Source: Dethiosulfatarculus sandiegensis (GTDB lineage Bacteria; Desulfobacterota; Desulfarculia; Desulfarculales; Desulfarculaceae). From it: DNA of 24,000 bases. The stretch covers positions 7,194 through 31,193 of the forward strand of contig NZ_AZAC01000027.1 of assembly GCF_000931935.2 (NCBI RefSeq), read 5' to 3'. Shown in pieces: positions 17,130-23,525 of the stretch. Numbering within the stretch: the first letter of the stretch is position 1; every line of letters begins with the position of its first letter. The position numbers and the translations under genes were made by a program. The notes under the pieces were generated by a model. The model was not told where the DNA came from, made no database searches, and was given only the letters and a program-made list of their open reading frames with translations.

Positions 17130-17450
17130 CCTCCCAGACTGATACGTCGGGCACCCCAAGTAGGGGATAAAGGGCTAATGAGATACCCCCTGATTGTTAT
17201 CTGGCTGGACAGGAGGCAGGCGGGTTGCGTTGCCCGATATCGAGGGCAGGGCCAACGCCTCCGGCATACTGCTAATCTTGCTATAGCTTCGCAACGGTCT
17301 GCCCGAGGTTGCAATCGGCCTGCACCTTTATTTATGGAGAAGCGAACCTCCTGGCTAGCAATCTGGAACCCGCTTGGTCGAGCGGGGTGGACTGGCTCAA
17401 TGTATCCCTTGAGGGCTGGGGCGGTTGCCCGTTTTTATCCGGCTCTCCCC
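17130..17450. other. GC-rich, helix-dense non-coding block (candidate structured RNA or leader; strand and identity unresolved)
   Basis: The block is flanked by AT-rich DNA. The ORFs called here (76 aa minus, 108 aa plus) are Arg/Trp-rich nonsense. Short GC helices include GGAGGC 17212-17217 with GCCTCC 17257-17262, GTTGCG 17224-17229 with CGCAAC 17290-17295, and CCCGCT 17369-17374 with AGCGGG 17381-17386. GGGCAG 17244-17249 can pair either with CTGCCC 17299-17304 or locally with TGCCC 17231-17235. Confidence 0.3.
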
Positions 17451-17771
17451 TTTAAACCTTTTCAGTTGGCAAACAATGTAATTTTTAAAGGAAAAGGGAA
17501 TTGAACCGGGCATTGATCCGGTTAAGCTCAGAAAAGCGGGCAATCGGCGGAGATATATCCTTGGTCCAGAATCAAATGTCTTCCAGGTTAGCCACCTATG
17601 AGTATGAAAAATTAAATTAACTTCCCGTTTGGTACGTTTTCTCTTAAAAACAATGTGGCTGGTTTTTCGGTTTTACTACTATAAAATCAATTATATAAGC
17701 ATGTTAGGTAAAGGGTTCCAGTGACTCATTTTTTTGTAAATACTTCCCGTATGGGCGCGTGGGTCAGAAAT

Positions 17772-18460
17772 ATGGAACTCCGGGTCTTGTTAGAGATCAG
17801 CTGTATTATCGGTGAGACACTCAATCTGTCTCAAAGCCTGGAGCGGGTGTTGGGCATTATGTCCGGCACCCTGGCCATGAAACGCGCCACAGTCACCTTG
17901 CGGGATCCCCGCAGCGTCGGACTGCCCATCTTATGCCTCCCAAGGCCTCGGCGTGGAAAAAATGAAGGGCGGGGTGTACAGCCCATGGCGGGGGCGTCAC
18001 CGGCGGCCGCATATTTGAGACCGCCCACCCCTTTTATGTTCCGGATGTAAGCCGCGAGCCGCTCTTCTTGAATAAAACCCAGTCCCGCGATCTGGATAAA
18101 GGCAAGGTGGCCTTTGTGGGGGCGCCGATTTTCCTCAAGGGCGAGTCCATTGGAGTCCTGAATGTGGACTGTCTTTTTGGCGAGGAGATCTCCGACTGCC
18201 GTAACGTGCTGGTAAGCGGTATTGGCGAGGCCCCCGTGCACTGTTGGACGGTTATGGGGGTGGAGCCTTTGGAAGTTACCGGTTCTATAGAAGAAGCTTT
18301 GAGATTTATCTATACCGGGGATGACTTGTTGGCCATGCGGGTGCGTAAGGCCAAGGTCTGCTCCGTTTAAAAATTGGGGCGGGCCGGCGGTATGGGTTGC
18401 ATGTAGATCGGCTTGGGAGAAGAGAATTTTTAGCTGAAGGCCACCGGTAATGCTGGTAGT
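17772..18460 (+). pseudogene. Decayed sigma-54-dependent transcriptional activator (GAF domain plus AAA+ remnant), disrupted by frameshifts, stops and deletions
   Basis: Three frames must be joined to read a GAF domain. Frame 0: MELRVLLEISCIIGETLNLSQSLERVLGIMSGTLAMKRATVTLRDP. Frame +1: ASQGLGVEKMKGGVYSP. Frame +2: GGGVTGGRIFETAHPFYVPDVSREPLFLNKTQSRDLDKGKVAFVGAPIFLKGESIGVLNVDCLFGEE. This is NifA-like. Downstream only fragments resembling AAA+ motifs remain (NVLVSG.., ..KAKVCSV*KLGRAGG resembling QAKLLRVLQE.EFERVGG), with in-frame stops and no C-terminal HTH. The right boundary is approximate. Confidence 0.6.
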
Positions 18461-18636
18461 GAGCAGGTTGTGACAGGGCGATGAACCCCCAAACGCTTCA
18501 TCCGACAACAGGAAAATAAACCCGCAGTTTTAATATGCAGCGAGCTTGAATTTGGTCTGCTCTTTTAATTTTAAAAATACTATTTCTCCGGTTAAGTGGT
18601 CGGTAAATTACATTTTTGAAAAACTGGGAGATGAAA

Positions 18637-19113
18637 CTATTTTTTTCTTGAAATTAGTTCAATGATTTTTTTGGTGTTTCTACTACTCAGGTAAATAGTT
18701 GTTAAGAATAGGCAAAAAGCAGTGCCAACTGTAACAAGCATGGCCACGCTCAAGTTGCGGTTTTTTGCTGTTCTGGTTTTTTTTTCAGGTTTCACCGAAA
18801 AACCATTTCTAGGTGGAATGCCTTTTTTCAGTGTTATATGTTCAGGTCCGACGTTGAGCATAATCTGATACGGTTCCTTGGGTATGGCAACGGTCAATTC
18901 ACCTTCTTGTGGCAGTCTTTTTTCGAAAAGTTTTTTGCCGGATATTTCGGAAACCAGCCTTACCATGGCACCAACGGCACGCGCCCCTGTGTCCAGCTTT
19001 CCGATAATGGTAATGCTGTCATTATTGTTATTAATTACGCTCAAATTTAATGAATGCGCAAAAACAGTAAACGGAGTCATTAATATAAGAAATGAAAATA
19101 GTAGCTTTTTCAT
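18637..19113 (-). CDS. Small exported, C-terminally membrane-anchored protein of unknown function
   Basis: 158 aa. Signal peptide MKKLLFSFLILMTPFTVFA, followed by HSLNL. A beta-rich middle region is followed by a C-terminal hydrophobic helix (LSVAMLVTVGTAFCLFLTTIYL) and a basic tail. It lies 14 nt downstream of the PepSY-TM gene. AAGGA SD is present. Confidence 0.6.
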   Translation of the reverse strand: MKKLLFSFLILMTPFTVFAHSLNLSVINNNNDSITIIGKLDTGARAVGAMVRLVSEISGKKLFEKRLPQEGELTVAIPKEPYQIMLNVGPEHITLKKGIPPRNGFSVKPEKKTRTAKNRNLSVAMLVTVGTAFCLFLTTIYLSSRNTKKIIELISRKK

Positions 19114-19127
19114 TTGGCAATATCCTT

Positions 19128-20696
19128 TTATCGTCCAAAAGTTAGCGTTTTTGTTTGACTTATGGTCTTTGATAAAACATACGCAACTCTGAGAAAAATT
19201 ACCCCAAGTGTTGCAAAGGCTAAATTAACAATGAATATAGTAAGCATATCATTATGGATCATTTCCATCGGTGTTGATCTGTTTTGAATGCAATAGATAA
19301 CAGGAACGATAAAATATAAAAATCCGCCAAGAGTCAACAGCTCCATGGCGGCTATCTTGGAGTGAATCCTGTAAAAAGACCAGGCAAAGGCGGCAATCCA
19401 AAAATCGAAAAATAAACCTTGCTGCCAGATAAGCCTGTCTTTCATGTCAAAAGGCAGCAGCCATTGCAGATTTAGTAATATTCCGGTGGCCGGTATGACG
19501 CCGATCATGAATGCCAGAGATAACTTGCTCACCCAATGATAAAAGGGAATATTCTTGCCAAAATATTTTTTCTTTTTTTCTAGCCAAAGCATCACTCCCA
19601 GGGCAATGCCAGTGCAACATCCCAACATCAACAGAAACACAAGTGATCTGGTGAATATATCAACACCAAAAAGGAGATGTAGAAAATAGACGGAATCGGT
19701 TAAAAGCACTCCCCATGGCCGATCCATTACCTTGGATTGTTTGATTAAATTACCATCATACCCGTTCAGGACAATGCTCGGTTTATTGCTTACCCCATTT
19801 AAGAATGGTACATAGGGGTTGTATCCCTCCAATTTAATTTTGGCGGATTTGTCCCCCCAATTTATAAGGGTGAGTTTCTGAAAATTTATATTTGAATTTA
19901 CCTTTTGGGCTTTTTTGATTAACTCCTTCAGGGGCAACATGGGTACGGGTTCATTTAGTTTTGGTATTGGCTTGTCTTTCGGAAACAATACTGGAAGAAT
20001 AAGGGGGCGGATGTTTGTCTTTTCACCATGTGTGGTGAGGTAGACAAGTGGCCCGGAGCCAACAAAGCTGAGACCCATAACAGTTGCGCATAGCACTATT
20101 ATCAAGAGAGGAGCCGAGCCCCAGAGCAGAAGTTTGCGATGCCAAAAGGAAAAAATATTTCGGTTGCTTTTTTTTGATCCCTTGAAGTCAAGCACGGAGA
20201 TAAGGATAAGTCCGCCGATAATGAGAAATAGAACACCGGCAGCCACAAGGCCAAAGATTGTGGTGCCAAGTTTTTTTAGGGGCCTGCCATAATGCATTCC
20301 ATTTAAAAACATGGCAAGATTTGAGCTCCCACCTTCGTCTTTTATCCGTTTTTGGGTTATTGGGTTGAATACGATCTTGGGAGAGTGCCTTTGTGATATC
20401 TGTAGGGCGGGATCTTCTCCGGCTCCTGGGAGATCAAGTAAAATTTCTTCCCCGGACAAGTTCGGATCCGACAATGCTTCTTCAAGCATCGGCTCGTAAT
20501 TTATCTCTGTGATTTCCATTGTTGGGAAGTGCCGGGAGGGCTTTTCCCATACTCTGATATACGGCATGAAGATTGCGTAAAGCCCAAAAAATAATGAGTT
20601 GTATAGCAGCAGTGAACAAATGATGCCCATTGCGACATGCCCACGATATAGTCTTTGTTTGTAGACATGTGAGTTGGCTTTGTGTGTGTTTTTCAT
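19128..20696 (-). CDS. PepSY-associated TM-helix family membrane protein (PiuB-like)
   Basis: Repeated His-containing motifs precede TM helices: YRGHVAMGIICSLLLY, LNGMHYGRPLKKLGTTIFGLVAAG, FWHRKLLLWGSAPLLII, YFLHLLFG...GVMLWLEKKKK. This is the pattern typical of PepSY_TM proteins. I prefer the ATG at 20696 (MKNTHKANSHVYK...) over the track start at 20765, which would overlap the upstream gene. Confidence 0.7.
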   Translation of the reverse strand: MKNTHKANSHVYKQRLYRGHVAMGIICSLLLYNSLFFGLYAIFMPYIRVWEKPSRHFPTMEITEINYEPMLEEALSDPNLSGEEILLDLPGAGEDPALQISQRHSPKIVFNPITQKRIKDEGGSSNLAMFLNGMHYGRPLKKLGTTIFGLVAAGVLFLIIGGLILISVLDFKGSKKSNRNIFSFWHRKLLLWGSAPLLIIVLCATVMGLSFVGSGPLVYLTTHGEKTNIRPLILPVLFPKDKPIPKLNEPVPMLPLKELIKKAQKVNSNINFQKLTLINWGDKSAKIKLEGYNPYVPFLNGVSNKPSIVLNGYDGNLIKQSKVMDRPWGVLLTDSVYFLHLLFGVDIFTRSLVFLLMLGCCTGIALGVMLWLEKKKKYFGKNIPFYHWVSKLSLAFMIGVIPATGILLNLQWLLPFDMKDRLIWQQGLFFDFWIAAFAWSFYRIHSKIAAMELLTLGGFLYFIVPVIYCIQNRSTPMEMIHNDMLTIFIVNLAFATLGVIFLRVAYVLSKTISQTKTLTFGR

Positions 20697-20706
20697 GTTT
20701 TTTGCT

Positions 20707-21060
20707 TTAATCCATGCATACAAAATAGATAATCCCTGCGTTGAAGCAGAGAGTAGGCACAACAAAACGAAGTAAGGTGCTTAATTTCGAGGGAGAAACT
20801 GATATCCATAGTGCGGCGCATGACCAGACAAGTGGTGTGAATAAAAATGGTAGAAAAACGGCAAGTTGTACTTTGTCAGGGATAAGGAAGACCAATAAAG
20901 TCATGCCGGAATAGGCAAGTAATAACCCTCCAAAAGTTGCACAGACAATTCTGAACCAACCAATTTTTGATCCGTTTTTTTCGGGTTTTTTCAGATAATC
21001 ATATAGGGTGAAAAGCGACATAGGAATCAGGCCCTTATTAGAATCAAGTAGTGTTGCCAC
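20707..21060 (-). CDS. Small integral membrane protein, DUF3649-like partner of PepSY-TM proteins
   Basis: 104-117 aa with three hydrophobic helices (FRIVCATFGGLLLAYSGMTLLVFLI, LAVFLPFLFTPLVWSCAALWI, VVPTLCFNAGIIYFV). Position and size match the small membrane proteins usually found immediately upstream of PiuB-like genes. The start is ambiguous: GTG at 21060 or ATG at 21021. Confidence 0.5.
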   Translation of the reverse strand: MATLLDSNKGLIPMSLFTLYDYLKKPEKNGSKIGWFRIVCATFGGLLLAYSGMTLLVFLIPDKVQLAVFLPFLFTPLVWSCAALWISVSPSKLSTLLRFVVPTLCFNAGIIYFVCMD

Positions 21061-21134
21061 GATAGCCGGCTCCGGGGCGGCGTAACCAGGATTAAATGGT
21101 CTAGCCTCAGCGTGGTTTTTTAGCCATTGCCTGG

Positions 21135-21179
21135 TTAAGCATGCTTCGTGAGAATGGACATCAAATTGGGCATGCTTAA
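21135..21179. repeat. Pair of GCATGCTT-containing palindromic sites in the divergent intergenic region
   Basis: TTAAGCATGC at 21135-21144 is the exact reverse complement of GCATGCTTAA at 21170-21179. The left site also contains the perfect 10-bp palindrome AAGCATGCTT (21137-21146). GCATGCTT recurs 31 bp apart. Confidence 0.5.
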
Positions 21180-21569
21180 ATTATTTTATAAGTTATAACA
21201 AATTATCTGAGCAATTCTAGCGGTAGATTATAATTTTGTAGCGGGATATGACGCCTGCTATTACCTATGATATTGCTTTTCTTTAATTTGGTCTGGGAAT
21301 ATAACCCATGGCTTGCCGGAAAGCCCTTGTGATTGGTGGGGAGGATCAAGCTGAGGCCTTTAATGGAGAGAGGCTTTTCAAGGCTCGTAGACTATATGGC
21401 GCACAATAAGGCAACTAGGTGTTAAATGCCGATGAGGCTCAATGCTTTTGACTTGAGGTGGATTTCACAGCCCGCGCTCTGGGAATAGCTGAAAGCAGTC
21501 TATGGATTAGGTCGAGGTGCTTTATACTAGTTTTCCTGTTTGACATCTCGAGCTTTAAGAGTTACCTAT

Positions 21570-21593
21570 TTATATGCGTGCGCATGCATATAA
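21570..21593 (+). promoter_or_regulatory. Inverted repeat (candidate operator) overlapping a TATAAT -10 box upstream of the zinc-ribbon/wHTH gene
   Basis: TTATATGC-N8-GCATATAA has perfect 8-bp arms. TATAAT at 21589-21594 lies 25 nt before the ATG at 21619. TTGACA at 21540-21545 is present but 43 nt from that -10 box, which is non-canonical, so the -35 assignment is uncertain. Confidence 0.4.
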
Positions 21594-21618
21594 TAACTTC
21601 AAATCCTGAGAGGGCTTT

Positions 21619-21978
21619 ATGAAATGTGAAGAATGCGGAAGGTTCATGGAAGCTGACGAGGCGCGTGAGTTAAACGGTAAGCAACTGTGCGAGGATTGCT
21701 ATATCGATGCCATGACCCCGGTCAAAACCTGCGATCCATGGGCCACCTATACTGCCAGCCGTTTAGAAGACCAGGAGCTGAGTTCACGGCAGGAGGCTAT
21801 TCTGGCCTGCATTGATGAGAAAGGCGGAGCCACCCTGTCTGAGTTGTTGGCTGCTACTGGTTTGTCTGAAAAGGATTTTTTGCGCGAGTTCGCAGCTCTC
21901 AGACATATGGAGGTGGCGGCTGCGGCGCAGCAGGCGGATAACAACAAGGTTTTCGTACGGTTTGAGAAAAAAGACTAA
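21619..21978 (+). CDS. Small zinc-ribbon plus winged-helix protein, putative transcriptional regulator
   Basis: 119 aa. N-terminal CxxC-x17-CxxC (MKCEECGRFMEADEARELNGKQLCEDCY). The C-terminal segment SSRQEAILACIDEKGGATLSELLAATGLSEKDFLREFAALRHME resembles a wHTH. GAGAGGG SD precedes the ATG. Confidence 0.6.
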   Translation: MKCEECGRFMEADEARELNGKQLCEDCYIDAMTPVKTCDPWATYTASRLEDQELSSRQEAILACIDEKGGATLSELLAATGLSEKDFLREFAALRHMEVAAAAQQADNNKVFVRFEKKD

Positions 21979-22073
21979 GTTATTTTAGGGGGGTGTAAAT
22001 ATGGCCGCCTGTTTTTCATTGTCAGGTTGTTTTTAAACCCGGCCTTGCTCGCCCGGATTGGGAGAAGTCTTAA

Positions 22074-22496
22074 TTGGATAATTTGGTAAGGCTCTTCGAT
22101 TTGATCGTGGTACTTGCCCGTCGCCGGTATCATGCTGCGGAGCACCATTTTAAAGTTTTAGGGCTCAACCATACCAAAGCCAACCTGTTGACTCTGCTTG
22201 ACCGGGAAGGCGGTGTGGCCACTCAGGAGGAGCTATCGAATTTGATCTTTTTAGATCGAAGCAATGCCGGTCGCGCTTTGAAATGCCTTGAAGAGCAAGG
22301 TTATGTTGAACGGCGTAAAAACACAGGTGATAAAAGAACGAACCTGGTTCAAATAACCACCAAGGGCAGCAAGGCGGTGATTGACATATCGCGGCTCAAG
22401 AAAAGGATCATAAAAAGCGTTTCCGGCGAGTTGAGCGATGAACAAGCCGGTCGCATCATGGAGATGCTGGAGAAGACTCTTAAGGCTGAAAAGTAA
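22074..22496 (+). CDS. MarR-family transcriptional regulator
   Basis: 140 aa. LGLNHTKANLLTLLDREGGVATQEELSNLIFLDRSNAGRALKCLEEQGYVERRKNTGDKRTNLVQITTKG is a typical MarR wHTH plus wing. The start is TTG at 22074, with GGGAGAAG upstream. No in-frame ATG is available near the N terminus. Confidence 0.8.
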   Translation: MDNLVRLFDLIVVLARRRYHAAEHHFKVLGLNHTKANLLTLLDREGGVATQEELSNLIFLDRSNAGRALKCLEEQGYVERRKNTGDKRTNLVQITTKGSKAVIDISRLKKRIIKSVSGELSDEQAGRIMEMLEKTLKAEK

Positions 22497-22533
22497 TGCC
22501 TCTCTTTTAATAATAGTTGCGATTAGCCGAAAC

Positions 22534-22554
22534 CAGGCAGATGCCTGTTGTTTT
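22534..22554 (+). terminator. Weak candidate intrinsic terminator after the MarR gene
   Basis: CAGGC-agat-GCCTG is a 5-bp stem with a 4-nt loop, followed by TTGTTTT. The stem is short, so support is weak. Confidence 0.25.
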
Positions 22555-22556
22555 AA

Positions 22557-23414
22557 ATGCGGTCTCTTGTTTATCAGTCATCACCGCATGGTCCTACAAA
22601 ACCACCCCATAAAAGGAACCTGAAATTGAGCACAAGCAGTGGAGCTAAGGTAACGGAGAAGACGAAAAAGGCTTTCTGGGAAAATCTGGCAAGGCATTAT
22701 CCCCTTCCTTTTGATAAAGAGGTTTTGGCCACCACGCAAAAGGTTTTTTCCATGGTCAAAAAAAGGGGGGTGACCTTCAGCAATGCCGAGATTCTGGATA
22801 TAGCCTGCGGCACCGGTATTTACACCTTGCCCCTGGCCGGTGAAGCAGCCGGGGTAACCGGGCTCGATGACTCTGAGGCCATGCTTGATCGGATGAAGCA
22901 GGTCATGGAGGCCAAAGGCATCCAAAACGTGCGGCCGGTTAAGGCATCGTGGGAAGATATAGATATCGCCGCCAAGGGGTTTCAAAAGGCGTTCGATATT
23001 GCCTGGGTGTCTATGACCCCGGCTATTCAAACCGCTCATGATTTTGACTTGATGGAACAATGCGCCAGAAAATGGTGCGTTTACATTGGCTGGGGGCGCA
23101 AACGGGAAAATGCCCTGATGCAGGAGATATTCAGCTCACACGGCCTTTCTTACGGCCCCCCGCCAAATATCGCAAAGGCCTACGATATCTTGCTGGAATC
23201 CGGACGAAAGCCCTCTTTGGATTACTTTGAGACAACCTGGTATTGGAAGGGAACCGCCAATGAAGCCCTTTCAGATATAGCGTTTCATATTGAAATGCAT
23301 GGGGAAAAGCCTCGTCGAGACCTGATTGCAAAAGCCCTGCACAGTTATGAACGAGATGGCGTGCTAAGCTATGCCACTGAGGTGGAACTGAGGCTTTTGG
23401 TGTGGCCGGTTTGA
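22557..23414 (+). CDS. Class I SAM-dependent methyltransferase
   Basis: Motif I ILDIACGTGIYTLPLA is followed by VTGLDDSEAM. The track start ATG at 22557 has no SD and directly abuts the hairpin above. An in-frame TTG at 22626, preceded by AAAGGAA, is an alternative start. Confidence 0.8.
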   Translation: MRSLVYQSSPHGPTKPPHKRNLKLSTSSGAKVTEKTKKAFWENLARHYPLPFDKEVLATTQKVFSMVKKRGVTFSNAEILDIACGTGIYTLPLAGEAAGVTGLDDSEAMLDRMKQVMEAKGIQNVRPVKASWEDIDIAAKGFQKAFDIAWVSMTPAIQTAHDFDLMEQCARKWCVYIGWGRKRENALMQEIFSSHGLSYGPPPNIAKAYDILLESGRKPSLDYFETTWYWKGTANEALSDIAFHIEMHGEKPRRDLIAKALHSYERDGVLSYATEVELRLLVWPV

Positions 23415-23525
23415 GACGGCAGTTTTTGTAACGTGATTGAATCTGCGGCCTGAAAGGCGACTGAAAGGACTTCTCCGTGATCTTGAGCGCCGATCAGGTC
23501 GTAGAGGCAGGTCGACGGCCTTAAA

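Noticed and set aside
17240-17320. Partial resemblance to a c-di-GMP-I (GEMM) riboswitch (..GCCAACGCCUCCGGC.. and ..GAGGUUGCAAUCGG..)
   Set aside because: The idea is tempting because of the HD-GYP operon nearby. However, the conserved GNRA tetraloop/receptor arrangement and the GGCAAACC/ACGCAAAGCC cores are not reproduced. The nearest plus-strand gene is more than 450 nt away and is a pseudogene. I kept only the generic structured-element finding.
17084-17504. 76-aa (minus) and 108-aa (plus) ORFs in the intergenic GC-rich block
   Set aside because: The translations are Arg/Trp/Cys-rich and non-protein-like, with no SD and mutual overlap. The region is better explained as structured non-coding DNA or RNA.
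17831-18508. 225-aa minus-strand ORF
   Set aside because: It is antisense to the GAF/AAA+ pseudogene region. The translation has no domain-like pattern, and the plus-strand frames carry clear NifA-like GAF sequence.
21189-21207. Fur-box-like AT-rich sequence TAAGTTATAACAAATTATC upstream of the PepSY cluster
   Set aside because: It matches only about 10 of 19 positions of GATAATGATAATCATTATC by hand alignment, in a generally AT-rich region. This is not distinguishable from chance without a PWM score.
21308-21409. 33-aa ORF MACRKALVIGGEDQAEAFNGERLFKARRLYGAQ in the divergent intergenic region
   Set aside because: It is too short and has no SD. The KALVIGG resemblance to a dinucleotide-binding N terminus is weak. 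It may be a gene fragment, but this cannot be supported.
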